Shown here piece by piece: positions 1 to 11,853 of a DNA stretch of 64,000 bases; position 1 is the stretch's first letter, and the number at the start of each line of letters is the position of its first letter. The position numbers and the translations under genes are program-made. Source of the stretch: Octopus vulgaris (taxonomy: Eukaryota); NCBI GenBank assembly GCA_951406725.2, contig OX597839.1:32302001-32366000 (forward strand), given 5' to 3'. The notes beneath the pieces are model-generated. The model ran no database searches. It had not been told where the DNA came from and was given only the letters and a program-made list of their open reading frames with translations.

Positions 1-83
1 GGCAAGTGTCTTCTGCTATAACCCCGGGCCGACCAATGCCTTGTGAGTGGATTTGGTAGACGGAAACTGAAAGAAGCCTGTCG

Positions 84-114
<31 letters not shown>

Positions 115-330
115 TTGTGTGTCTGTGTTTGTCCCCCTAGCATTGCTTGACAACCGATGCTGGTGTGTTTATGTCCCCCGTCACTTAGCGGTTCGGCAAA
201 AAGAGACCGATAGAATAAGTACTGGGCTTACAAAGAATAAGTCCCGGGGTCGATTTGCTTGACTAAAGGTGGTGCTCCAGCATGGCCGCAGTCAAATGAC
301 TGAAACAAGTAAAAGAGTAAAAGAGAGAGA
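1..330 (+). mobile_element. SINE family A (tRNA head, CORE-like CCTTGGGCAAGT box, internal microsatellite), 5' end cut by the window edge
   Basis: Matches the complete copies at 53482-53901(-), 54407-54818(+) and 61485-61900(-). Ends in ggtgctccagcatggccgcagtcaaatgactgaaacaagtaaaagag. Confidence 0.85.
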
Positions 331-589
331 GTATCTCCCATTTTCAGTCATTGTCAGGCAAGTTGTCTCACCGAATCTGTGACATTCACAAACACACATA
401 CACACACACACTGGCCATCTTCGCACTTTCCTGTCCCTCAAAGCCAATTTCTCTATCTCTTTCCGCTTCCGGTCATCATTTATAGCTTCGTCTACTTCGA
501 GTTGAACTCTTAAAAACCAATTATTTTCGCATTCTTTTGAAGATTCTAAATTCTAATGAAGTAAATAACAATTCTGATTTTGAAAAAAT

Positions 590-1170
590 GGTTTCAGACC
601 AGAATTTCTTGTAAAAAAGAGTCGAAAAGGGGGAAAAAATCTTGCAATAATTAGCAAAGATGGGATTGGTGCCACCAAAGCTGACTTCTATAAGTTGAGA
701 GCATGACATTGGCCAACCAACTCTGTGTGATATCATACAGAAGGCAAAAATTTATAAAGAATAGGGACAAAGTGCTTCTTGAGCGTTGCGTTGATTTTTC
801 CAAGAGAAAAGAAGCGGAAACAAAGCAGTATTTGATGCGGAACATCTTTTGTCAGTTTGGATGGAAGATTACAAGAGGAAAGGGAATTCCTTGATGTGAA
901 ATAATGATCATCAAAATAAAGGTTGTTTGGTGTCTTTGTGGTAGTCCAAAGAAAAATGGGAAATGGAAAAGGAAACTGAAGTGGGGAGTTGGAGTGGAGT
1001 GGAGGGAGGGAGTTAATGAAGCATTTTCTAGAAGTTCTAGATGGTTCGGCAGGTTCCGATAACTATATGGAATTCGTTATGTTAAAGGTTGTTGTGAAAA
1101 GGGGAGATGATGGTACAACATCCAGGTAAACTGCTGAACTGGAGAAAAGTTGAAGATTAACAAATCATAA
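590..1170 (+). pseudogene. Degraded pogo/Tigger (CENP-B-like) transposase N-terminus
   Basis: Manual translation across stops gives EHDIGQPTLCDII, EHLLSVWMEDYKRKGIP and [22 protein letters not shown], which resemble the Tigger HTH motifs (LLxVWIEDxxxKxIP; GWFxRFKxRYGI..GE). Contains stops and frameshifts. Confidence 0.65.
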
Positions 1171-1348
1171 ATGCAGATGAATCTAATAAATATGTATGTA
1201 TGTATATATATATAAATATATATACATGCATATGCACATACATATGTATATATATATATTTGTGTGTATACATATAGATGCATATACATGTGTGCATACA
1301 TATATATATGCATATAGATATGCGTATATATATACGCATATCTATATA

Positions 1349-1655
1349 GGCACAATCACCCAGTGGTTAGGGCAGCGGACTCGCGGTCATAGGATCGTGG
1401 TTTCGATTTCCAGACCGGGCGTTGTGAGTGTTTATTGAGCGAAAACACCTAAAGTTCCACGAGGCTCTGGCAGGGGGTGGGGCGATCCCTGCTGTACTCT
1501 TTCGTACCAGCTTTCTCTCACTCTTTCTTCTGTTGGCCTGCTCGCATAGCCAGTGAGGTGGCGTCATTCAAAGGCTAAAACAATGCGAAGCGCATTGTGA
1601 CCAGCGATGTGTAGCAACATCTGATAGCCTGGTCAGTCATAGTGATCACGGTGAT
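1349..1655 (+). mobile_element. SINE with family C tRNA-like head and an alternative 3' tail (tail Y)
   Basis: The head cagtggttagggcagcggactcgcggtcataggatcgtggtttcgatttcc (A/B boxes) matches 53020 and 61077. After ~1530 it diverges into a different tail ending in gtgatcacggtgat. Confidence 0.8.
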
Positions 1656-1696
1656 ATATATATGCATATATATGTATATATCTATCTATCTATCTC

Positions 1697-1737
<41 letters not shown>

Positions 1738-1865
1738 ATATATATATATGTGTGTGTGTATGTGTATATATATATATATCCATCCAGCCATGCACAAACA
1801 TACATACATACATGCATACATACAGACATACCCACATACATGCATACACACATACACATTTACAT

Positions 1866-2092
1866 ATTGGGGTTGCACAAAATAATGGAAACCCCTTGCT
1901 AAGTAAAAATTTTGTTATTTAATATGGAGTTGATCCTCTTTTGGTTGCAATAATTACTGCGATACGGCGAGGAATCGGCTCACACAGCTCTTGAACAGTT
2001 GCCAGAGGAATTTTGAGATATTCATTAAGCCAAACCTGCTCCAGTTCCTTCAGCGGCTTTGGAGGAGGGAAGCGATTCCTCACTTGTGCACT
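1866..2092 (-). pseudogene. Tc1-like transposase C-terminus and adjacent end
   Basis: ORF 1919..2191(-) contains LKELEQVWLNEYLKIPLATVQELCEPIPRRIAVIIATKRGSTPY*, the typical Tc1 ending (SMPRRIxAVIxAKGGxTxY). Confidence 0.8.
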
Positions 2093-2097
2093 ATTAA

Positions 2098-2380
2098 TCA
2101 TCATCATCGTTAAACGTCCGCTTTCCATGCTGGCATGGGTTGGATGGTTTGACTGAGGACTGGCGACCCAGATGGCTGCACCAGGCTCCAATCTGATCTG
2201 TCAGAGTTTCTACAGCTGGATGCCCTTCCTAAAGCCAACCACTCTGAGAGTATAGTGGGTGCTTTTATATGCCACCGGCACGAAGCCAGTCCGGCAGTAC
2301 TGGCAACGGCCACGCTTGAAATGGTGTTTTTTTTTTCATGTGCCACCTGAACAGGAGTCAGTCCAGCGGCACTGGCAACG
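2098..2380 (-). mobile_element. Short retroposon family H with (GAT)n tail
   Basis: Second copy at 8134-8345. Both share catcgtttaacgtccg..tccatgct.gcatgggttgga and ggatgcccttcctaaagccaaccactc, and both abut (CAT)n. Confidence 0.7.
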
Positions 2381-2437
2381 AAAAAATATGGAACACTTCA
2401 CGGGAGACCGGCAATCAGCAGAAGTGAGAAAAAACAT

Positions 2438-2511
2438 TGCCTCTTTTGTCGAACCGCTAAGTTGGGGAGACATAAACATGCCAACACCGCAATTTCAGCT
2501 GATTATTCTTG

Positions 2512-2558
<47 letters not shown>

Positions 2559-2560
2559 TG

Positions 2561-2591
<31 letters not shown>

Positions 2592-2928
2592 GCACGCACA
2601 CGCACACACACACACACAACAGGCTTCTTTCAGTTTCAGCCAAATCCGCTCACAAATGGGCAACTGGTACTTATTTAATCGACCCCGAAAGGATGAAAGG
2701 CAAAGTCGACCTCGGCGGAATTTGAACTCAGAACGTAACGGCAGACGAAATACCTATTTCTTTATTACCCACAAGGGCTAAACACAGAGTGGACAAACAA
2801 GGACAGACAAAGGGATTAAGTCGATTACCTTGACCCCAGTGCGCAACTGTTACTTAATTTATCGACCCCAAAAGGATGAAAGGCAAAGTCGACCTCGGTG
2901 GAATTTGAACTCAGAACGTAACGGCAGA
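2438..2928 (-). mobile_element. Partial SINE A joined to two tandem SINE B units
   Basis: gaaccgctaagtt...ggcttctttcagttt (family A), then twice the reverse complement of gtcgactttgcctttcatcctttcggggtcga (family B). Confidence 0.75.
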
Positions 2929-3106
2929 CTAGAAAGTTCAGTTGTCACCTTATTAACAGATTCCTTCTCAAAGAAGCTGTGTTAGTGTTCCATTTAATTA
3001 GCGTATGAAACTAACCGTACCTCGATAAGTAATTGTGGTTGTGCACACACACTGATCTTGTCTTCATTGCCCATCTGTCGTATCATTTGATTTTCTCAGC
3101 AGTTCC

Positions 3107-3155
<49 letters not shown>

Positions 3156-3865
3156 AATCCAGAGAATGCTTTAATGAAAGCCTGAAACAGTAGATTCGAT
3201 CTTTCCTGTTAGATATCGGGATCTCTTTAGCTTAACCAAGAACTCTACATATGTTGATTAAACACCACAAATTTAATTGCAAATACACTGTGCTGGTGTC
3301 CCGTTTAATATACGTTCACTCGTCTGTGTGAGTGTGTGTGTGCACAGACAGGCATACACTAATTAAAAGAATGAAGATGCAATGGCAAGATTAACACTAA
3401 AATGAAAAATGATTCAATACAAATGGCCCCATGTTCCATTCTGTATGAACTTAACAAACGAATATTTGCTTCAGTTAATGGAATATACTGTTAAAAATAA
3501 GGTGCCTATACGAGAACCTTGTCTCTTTTTTTTTCTTTAGATAGATAAAGAAGGGAAATAAATTCTATCGGTATTGAAATGGAATCTTATAATTTCATTA
3601 TATTTATAATACACGGAAATGACTTTTAGTAGATGCATACATTGTATTATAACAGAACAAGAAAACAATATTATGTAGACCGAACAGTATATATATATAT
3701 ATATATATAAAATAGTAAAAAGTGAAAAAACTACAGAAGGCTTGTTTTAAAAGGTTAAAAAATATATATTTGAGTCAATATGTCTGAAGAATGTTATAAA
3801 TTTTTTTCATACAATGACATAGTATAGAAGAAATGACCGTGCTTTCACATACCAACTTTCTTACC

Positions 3866-3896
<31 letters not shown>

Positions 3897-4367
3897 AGGT
3901 TTGGAGATGATGTACAGGTATTATATATTAGAAGAAATGAAGTACTCAGAAGATCGGATGGTTTATATTTACAGATATTTATTTGTATATTACATTTTTT
4001 ACATATATATCATATCACTTAGATCATTAGCGCTTTCTCCCATTCTAGTGGGGTTTTCAAATCAAACTAAGTTCCTGTGTGAGGAGTTTTGACCATTTTA
4101 TAGTGGTATTGAGTTTGTAGTGGTGGGGAGGAATATAAGACAGTACAAGAGGGTGATGGATGAGGAGAAAGTGAGAGAGAGAACATGTGTGTGTGTGTTT
4201 CTGTATCTGGGGTGAGTGCTAAAGAAAAAGAGGGGAAGGGAGAGGGAAGAAGAAGAAAAGAATATTTTTGGTCTGCTGGACAGAATATTGACTCCAAGGG
4301 GGTTCTAAGGTCTTGGGAAAAAAAGAATTTCAGTTTTGACCATTTCACAGTGTCACCTAGTATGTGA

Positions 4368-4426
<59 letters not shown>

Positions 4427-4589
4427 ATATATATATATGTATATAAAAGATAATGGTGTCACTGAGACCCAAAGGTGTTAGGTAATGCTGAATAAGTGCT
4501 ATAGACAGACCATAGTTAAGTTCCAGATTCGGTGATTTTGCGAATAAAGGGTTCAACGCTGGTTCTATGTCAGTGTGTATATATAAGAA

Positions 4590-4745
4590 TTTTTTGCGTA
4601 ATAAGATAAAAAAACCAAGGCTGTGTAGATATTAGAGCATTTATAGATAGAAGGTCTTACGGCTGTTTTTCAGATATTTATTAATTATATCCCTTCGTTG
4701 GAGATGGTGTGAGAGGATAGTTAAGTCATAGTTAGTTTAGATGTG
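4590..4745 (-). mobile_element. Penelope-like terminal repeat fragment (family J) with a decayed hammerhead motif
   Basis: Homologous to 47730-47850, whose reverse complement folds as a minimal hammerhead. Confidence 0.55.
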
Positions 4746-4782
4746 ATGCAAATTTCAGGCCTTGTGCCTTTGGTAGAAAGGA

Positions 4783-5447
4783 TTATTATTATTATTTATT
4801 GACTTTGCACAGCTTCTAACGCTGAAGATGTACTAAGGTAAAACCCCTTATTTTTCAAGTACCATCCGGACTGTTCGAGCGGTTCCAAGCAGGGCTGTTT
4901 TCTGCCAGTACGCCACCCTTATTGCAGCCGCTATTTGTTCCATGTACTTCTCAAGATTTTACTCACTGTTCCCAGGGCTCCGACAATTATTGGTACTACT
5001 ACCACCTTTTTCATCGACCACAACTGCATAACCTCCCAAGCTAACCTATCATATCTATCGACTTTTCTTTCTTCCTTATTGCATACCTTGTTGTCAGCTG
5101 GGCATGCTATATCTATGATCCAGCATCATTTGCTTTCTTTCTTAATTAACACTATATCTTAATTATATCTTAATTAACACTATATCTGGCTTCCTTTTCT
5201 CTTTGTCACGATTGCTCTGAATCATAAAATCCCACAGGATCTTTGCATTTCTATTTTCAACGATGCCTTTGGGTTTATATTCGTATCACTTTTTTGCTCT
5301 GTCAAGTCCATACTTGTTGCAAAGTGTCCAATGGACAAGCCTGGCTGTATTGTCTTGACGTCTCTTATATCCTTTCTGGGCTAGTGGCACACATTGAGTG
5401 GTAATATGCCATACAGTTTCACCATTTTTGTCCACAAATTCTGCACT
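4783..5447 (-). mobile_element. 3' end of an R4/Dong-type non-LTR retrotransposon (CCHC remnant + restriction-like endonuclease), 5'-truncated, with (TAA)n tail
   Basis: Minus-strand translation: ETVWHITTQC..LAQKGYKRRQD..ARLVHW..KILWDF..RKPDIVLI..WIIDIACPAD..KEERKVDRYDRLAWEVMQLW..VVVPIIVGALG..QKTALLGTA, the canonical RLE PD..D..K domain. Flanked by ATT repeats. Confidence 0.9.
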
Positions 5448-5476
5448 TATCATCATCATCATTATTATTATTATTA

Positions 5477-5535
<59 letters not shown>

Positions 5536-5552
5536 TTTATTTTTATTATTAT

Positions 5553-6126
5553 GTAAGAGAGCAGTGCATGCCATCACAGTGACACTGGGGTAAAATATAC
5601 GAAGCCCAGTTTACCCAATATCATGATTACCCGTCTGATAAGGGTGCACCAAGCACATGCATCACAACCATATGTGCGCGACATGGTGATCTCATATCAA
5701 GATAAACAGCACATGACCTTGCAGGTGGGGCCCAGTTAGAATTTTCTTCTGGTCGAGTAACCCATCCCGCTCAAAAGGTCCCTGAATAAGGGTTGTTTAA
5801 GGATGTTGAACGAGCCACCCATGTTTCCAAAGGTGAATTATCCAGACCTCCAAGAATTCCTTTCAACACATGGCTATGATGCTCCCCCACTACTTCTGCT
5901 CGTGATCAGAGATGCACAAATTGTCAGCCACTAAGGGATATGCTCAACTGGTTAAGGTCAAACAACTGACAAGCAAATCTGTGGTATTGAGCAGAATATT
6001 TGCTGTAGCCCATCTTTTATACCAAGACAAAACAATGGACATGATAACACTTGCAATCAGTTAAGATCAGAAGCCATGAGAGCCACTGCCTGGTACTGCA
6101 TCAGGGCATTGGTACTGCATCAGGGC

Positions 6127-6130
<4 letters not shown>
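5553..6130 (-). mobile_element. Non-coding ~570-bp element D embedded in (ATT)n
   Basis: Near-identical copies at 41517-42064, 42092-42299 and 59641-60120, all flanked by (ATT)n in the same orientation. Confidence 0.85.
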
Positions 6131-6159
<29 letters not shown>

Positions 6160-6190
6160 CATCATCATCATCATCATCATTATTATTATT

Positions 6191-6246
<56 letters not shown>

Positions 6247-6265
6247 TATTATTATTATTATCATC

Positions 6266-6315
<50 letters not shown>

Positions 6316-6552
6316 TCATTCATTTATTCCCTCTGTTCATCATATAACAAGTTACGGGTATCTTCATCATTATTTTATTCCTTTTTTTTTTTTTCGATTT
6401 TAGAAAAAGTGAAGCATGTCTTTGGCAATTCCGGAACATATTGAACTTATTTTTTGCATGAGTTTTGGCCCCCTCCCCCTATATCTTGTGCATAGTTGCT
6501 GTTTGTATTATACACATCATTTACAATGTCTCTCTCTCTCTGTCTTTATATA

Positions 6553-6608
<56 letters not shown>

Positions 6609-6612
6609 AATG

Positions 6613-6669
<57 letters not shown>

Positions 6670-7036
6670 GTACAATTCCTTTTATGTGTACACTCATGTG
6701 ATATGAATAGAAATATGCGTGGGTCAGATGAAAAGCCGCACTCAACATATTCTCCAGCTCAAATATCTGACGTCTCCTTTTGATGCCCCGCATGGGAAGG
6801 TCAAGTCCAACTCTGCAGGTTTGATGTGTTCTTGTGTGAGTGTGTCATTGTTCGGGGTAGATACGTATGTGTTAATGTATGTATGTGTGTTTGTGCGTGT
6901 GTGTGTGTGAGAGAGAGAGAGTGCTTTGTGCGTCTATGTGTGTTTGGGCTCCGTGACTCATGGCATCAAAGTTACAGAGTTCAAAGTAACTCTCTCTCCC
7001 TCTTTCTTTCTTTCTTTCTTTCTCTCTCTCTCTTTC

Positions 7037-7072
<36 letters not shown>

Positions 7073-7222
7073 TCACTCTCTTTGCTTTATTCTTTAAGGC
7101 CTTTTTTCTCTCTCTTTGTTCCTCTCTTTCATAATTGTAATAATTCTGTAACCTCTTTTCCTTACCGCACACCCAAATGCATGCACTACACACACACATA
7201 CACACACACGTGTGTATGTATG

Positions 7223-7255
<33 letters not shown>

Positions 7256-7547
7256 ATATAACACATTATAAACGAGATTCAGTTGAATAAAGTACTTAAA
7301 GTCGAGGCATCAAGTTATGACGGAATAAAATGCACAGGCAACAATTTTTAGACGAATACCAACCTTGGTACAGAAGTACTGGCAGAATGATATTCAGGTG
7401 ATGTATGCAGTCAATTTGACCCAACTTAGTATGTAATACACTCTTGAGCTGTTTAGACATGTACATTTTGTTAAACATGCAGCCCCCAATATACTTCAGA
7501 ATTTGCGAAGGGCATGGTCTGAGAGAGTTGAATTAGAAAATAAATAA

Positions 7548-7605
7548 GTAACAATTGAAGGACAGGGGCCAAATCATGATTTGACACCTGTCCTTCAGTT
7601 GTTAC
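7548..7605. repeat. Loop-less 58-bp palindrome
   Basis: Left half gtaacaattgaaggacaggggccaaatca versus reverse complement of right half gtaacaactgaaggacaggtgtcaaatca (3 mismatches in 29). Confidence 0.85.
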
Positions 7606-7627
7606 ATATATATATATATATATATAA

Positions 7628-8052
7628 CGGGAAGCTTTATGAAAATAGACAAAAGACGAAGGCAGGTTTGCGGAAATAAACAAAAGACAAAGGCAGGTGG
7701 AATACAAACAAACAATTGTATTAGTATGGCGCTCAGGAAATATAAATAAAACAAGTCTTTAACGTTTCGAGCCTACGCTCTTCAACAGAAAGATACACAG
7801 AGAAGAAACACAGAAAGAAGGAAAGAAAAAAAATGCGTGTAGAGGCTAGCGAATCAACATGGCGATATAGGGAGAAATTCACAAAAAACAAAAGACGAAG
7901 ACAGGTGGTGTAGACAACAGATGTATTAGTATAACGCTCAGAAATTGAAAAAGTCTTTATCGTTTCGAGCCTACACTCCTCCGCAGAAAGGAACACAGAA
8001 AGAAACAAGGAGAGAAAATAAAGAATGTGTAGTGGCTAGCGATCTATCATGC
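7628..8052 (-). mobile_element. Family E: two tandem ~198-bp units, each with a minimal hammerhead-like motif
   Basis: The units share gacaaaagacgaag..caggtgg..tgtattagtat..cgctcag..gtcttta.cgtttcgagcctac.ctc. An inverted copy lies at 45310-45525. Confidence 0.75.
7756..7793 (-). ncRNA. Minimal type-I hammerhead ribozyme-like motif (A6U core variant)
   Basis: Reverse complement: TCTTT-CTGTTGA-A-GAGC-GTAG-GCTC-GAAA-C-G-TT-AAAGA, giving a 5-bp stem I, a 4-bp stem II and a palindromic AACGTT stem III. Confidence 0.55.
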
Positions 8053-8133
8053 CAAATTATATATATATATATATATATATATAGTTATATATATACATAT
8101 ACATAAACATATATATATACATATATGCATATA

Positions 8134-8345
8134 TCATCATCATCATCATCTTCGTTTAACGTCCGTTTTCCATGCTAGCATGGGTTGGACGGTTCAACTG
8201 GGGTCTGGGAAGCCAGAAGGCTGCACCAGGCCCAGTTTGATCTGGCAGTGTTTCTACAGCTGGATGCCCTTCCTAAAGCCAACCACTCCGTGAGTGTAGT
8301 GGGTGCCAGACGGGGCTGGCAAACGGCCACGGTCGGATGGTGCGA
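8134..8345 (-). mobile_element. Family H copy
   Basis: Homologous to 2098-2380. Confidence 0.7.
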
Positions 8346-8879
8346 GACCGAGGTGTCGTGTGTGTGTATATGTATATAGTCAATTCAACGAACAAACAAT
8401 TAAAAGACGTTCGGTGAAAGGAGAGATGTTTCAAGCATAGCTCTTTATCGGAATGGTGAAAGGGAAAAGTTCAAAGAGAAAGGAAAAAGGAAAATTGGCA
8501 ACCGTCCATGTGCGGTTGTATATGCCTATGAATCGATCAGATTCCGAAAATGGAATTCACGAGATTCTTCAAACGTTTCGACTCGCCATGCACTCTTCAG
8601 GTGACTACAAGGTTTATACCCGAATATAATTATGTGTATGTGTATGTGTGTGTGTGTGTATATATATATATACACACATATATACACATTCATATACACA
8701 CACACACACACACACATACACACACATTCACGCACATACACATATATATAAGCTCTAATACACCTAAGGTTAGTACTACAAACCATTTGTTCCCACCGGT
8801 CTTATCGACCCCCAATAATCAGATATGTGAAGGAAAGAACGCGGGAAGCCAGATAAGTAATGTTAGTATTTGCAATAAG

Positions 8880-9324
8880 GTTAGGGATGGCTCTGGTAAA
8901 TCCTGTAACTGTGGAAACCCTGGATTATGTCCCCTTGATGGGTTCTGTCTCACTACTAATGCCATATATAAATGCACTGTTGAAGAGGAGGGTATTTTGG
9001 ATAAGCTTTATACAGGCAGTGCTGTAAATTTTAAGGCTACGTATAGGGCCCACATGAATTCATTATCGAACGAAAAATATTGCAACTCTACAACACTTGC
9101 CTCTTATATACATAATTCAAAGAGGAATAATAAAGGTTATTCTCTTGAATGGTCCTGTTATATCGAGGGCCCCTTACTTCAGAGTTAATATTAAAAAGTG
9201 TAAGTTATGTGTAAGGGAAACCTTTGTCATCGTTAAATCTTTTGGGCCTAAAACTTTAAATAAATTTCCTGAGGTGATCCCTTTTGGCAACCATAAGTTT
9301 TCTTCTACTTTTCTGAAAGTGTAA
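8880..9324 (+). pseudogene. Penelope-like element GIY-YIG endonuclease remnant (one frameshift)
   Basis: CNCGNPGLCPLDGFCLTTNAIYKCTV..LYTGSAVNFKATYRAHMNSL..STTLASYIH..YSLEWS, then a frameshift to VISRAPYF..KKCKLCVRETFVI: AIY/YTG motifs with the Cys pattern of invertebrate PLE endonucleases. Confidence 0.85.
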
Positions 9325-10331
9325 TAGAAGTAAAAAGTGGATGTTGTAAATAATATTTAGTTTTACGGGGAATTGAAACCGGTGAGTTTAAATTCCTATC
9401 AACAACAGCCACCTTCATGTTTAGCGATGAAATAATTCGCTCTTTTTTTTTCTTTTTTTTTCCTTTTTTTGTGTTAGAAAATTTGGACTGGTCCTGTGAT
9501 GGGGGTCATTGCCGAGATGCACTGTAAATGAACTCCCGAAATGGTGTTTGAATAGTTTTTGTGGAACTCTTTTTGCTCCTGGACTCTAACTTACCATGCT
9601 TTTAAGAATTGAACCTTTTTGGACATACTCTTGGGTGAGGTGAGTAAAAAAACATTTTTTATGAATATTTTTAGTCGATTCATATTTCATTTTATCTTAG
9701 TTTTTTCGTAGAATGACACGCTTTAGAATATTTTTATGAATTTTTAATCGTTTATATTTACCTTTTTGATAGGCTGTTCTATATATTTGTATTTATATTT
9801 TCCTTTTCTGTGATTTTTTTGTATATGTATATTTTTAAATGTCTAAGAACGATGGTAATATTTATATACGATCAAATGTTTGGAGGTATGTTGTTAATTA
9901 TAAAGTCGTTGACTCGAATTTGATGTTTGTTTTATGATCAATGTTTCTTTATCTCTGTCTCAATTACATTTGAGCACTTCTTTTTTGCAGTCCTATAAAC
10001 CCTTTTGTTTCCATAAAAAAGAAAAAATATTTCTTATATATATATATATATATATATATATCTATATACATACATATATATATATTCACATATATGCATA
10101 TATATATATATACACATTTATACATACATATATATACACACACACATATATACATACATATACATATATATTCACATATATATATGTATACATATACATA
10201 GATACATGCATACATATATATATAAACATATATGTACACCTATTTACATACACACACACACATATATATATATATACACTCACATATATATATATATACA
10301 TACAAAGATATATGTAAAGATATATATACAA

Positions 10332-10372
<41 letters not shown>

Positions 10373-10644
10373 TATATACAAAGATATATATATATACACA
10401 AAGATATTAATATTATTAAAAGTTAGGGAATATAATAATTCCAAGCCAACAGGGAAAAATTCAGTTTAGCACACTAAATAAAGATTCACAATATATTATA
10501 TATGTATGTATATAGAATTTCGAGACAAACCGCTATTTAGTCATTCAATCAATATTGAAACGATATTATCTATAATAACCACATAGAAATTAATTAAATA
10601 TATTATAATTATTATCCTAAAAATCACAAAACAAATATAACATA

Positions 10645-10740
10645 TCGACTACATGCGTTTTATGACTAAATATATGAATCGATAATATTAAAAGTCAATA
10701 TTAATTCAATTTTAAAATATATAGCCACTCTTCAGGTCAA
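10645..10740 (-). ncRNA. Decayed type-I hammerhead with long AT-rich stem II
   Basis: Reverse complement: TTGAC-CTGAAGA-GTGGCTA...TAGTCAT-AAAA-CGCATG-TA-GTCGA. Stems I and II pair; G12 is mutated to A. Confidence 0.5.
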
Positions 10741-11090
10741 AAAATAACATAAGATAAATGAAGATATTATAATTAAACAATAAATATATAACTACATGTA
10801 TCTTAACAGTCAATTATATTAAGAGATAAAAATATCCAATGAGTTACTGGTTCATTATCTGTTTTTTGGTGAATAGTAATATTCCTAAAATAATAAGTTT
10901 AAGTATAAATCTTGGATTATAAATAATTCAAATTAAAATTCAGAAAATGGAGATGTGGTATTCATATTATTTATTAACTTCAAAAAGTCAACATATTCTC
11001 TTACAGCTGTTTCAATTTCACCCAAAGATCAAATCCTAGGATTTAATTATATTAATGCTACATCTCCATTTTCTGTATTTGAATTTGAAT

Positions 11091-11135
<45 letters not shown>

Positions 11136-11454
11136 TGGCGTGTATATTCTTTCTGGTGTCAGTTTCTTTGTTTCTGTATTTTGTATTTTGAATACATTTT
11201 GTTCTGTCCATTCGTTAATCCAGACATGTTTCTTCTCTCTCCATCTTTTTTTACCTCTCTCCATCTCTTTGTTTTTCTTCTCTCCTTTCAGTAGAAGAAC
11301 ATAGACTTGAAACGTCAAAAATTCTTCCATTTTCTCCTAATACACCATGTTTGTTGTTCTCCCACCTGTCTGTGTGTGTTTTTCAAATACAATTTTGACT
11401 CGTATCTATGTATATACACATATATACACTCATAGATGTATATATATATATATA

Positions 11455-11515
11455 TTTATGTTTTATGTTTTCCAGTTTCAGCTCTTGAGCTGTGGCCATG
11501 CTGGGGCACCGCCAA
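11455..11515 (-). mobile_element. Isolated 3' tail of the CR1/L2-like LINE
   Basis: Reverse complement ggcggtgccccagcatggccacagctcaagagctgaaactggaaaacataaaacataaa matches the tail at 26338-26400. Confidence 0.65.
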
Positions 11516-11807
11516 ATATATATATATATATATATATATTTGTATATATACATTTGTATATTTATGTATACGAATACATATATACATATATATATATATG
11601 TGTGTGTGTCTGTATGTATATGTATATATATATATATATATACTCTCTCCCCACCACACACACACACACACACGCACATATTCATATGTATGCATCTTTC
11701 ATACAAATTCATCATAATTTTCTAGTAGCAGGATCGACGCGAACTTTGCAAAGAACTTATTCAGCCACTCCTATTCTATCTCTAACTCTCACCTTCCCCC
11801 TTTCATT

Positions 11808-11853
<46 letters not shown>

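Noticed and set aside
6040-6130. Short similarity of the element D end to U2 snRNA (cctggtactgca; atcagttaagatc)
   Set aside because: The spacing is incompatible with U2 and there is no Sm site or branch-recognition sequence. HDV-like and twister folds were also unconvincing by eye.
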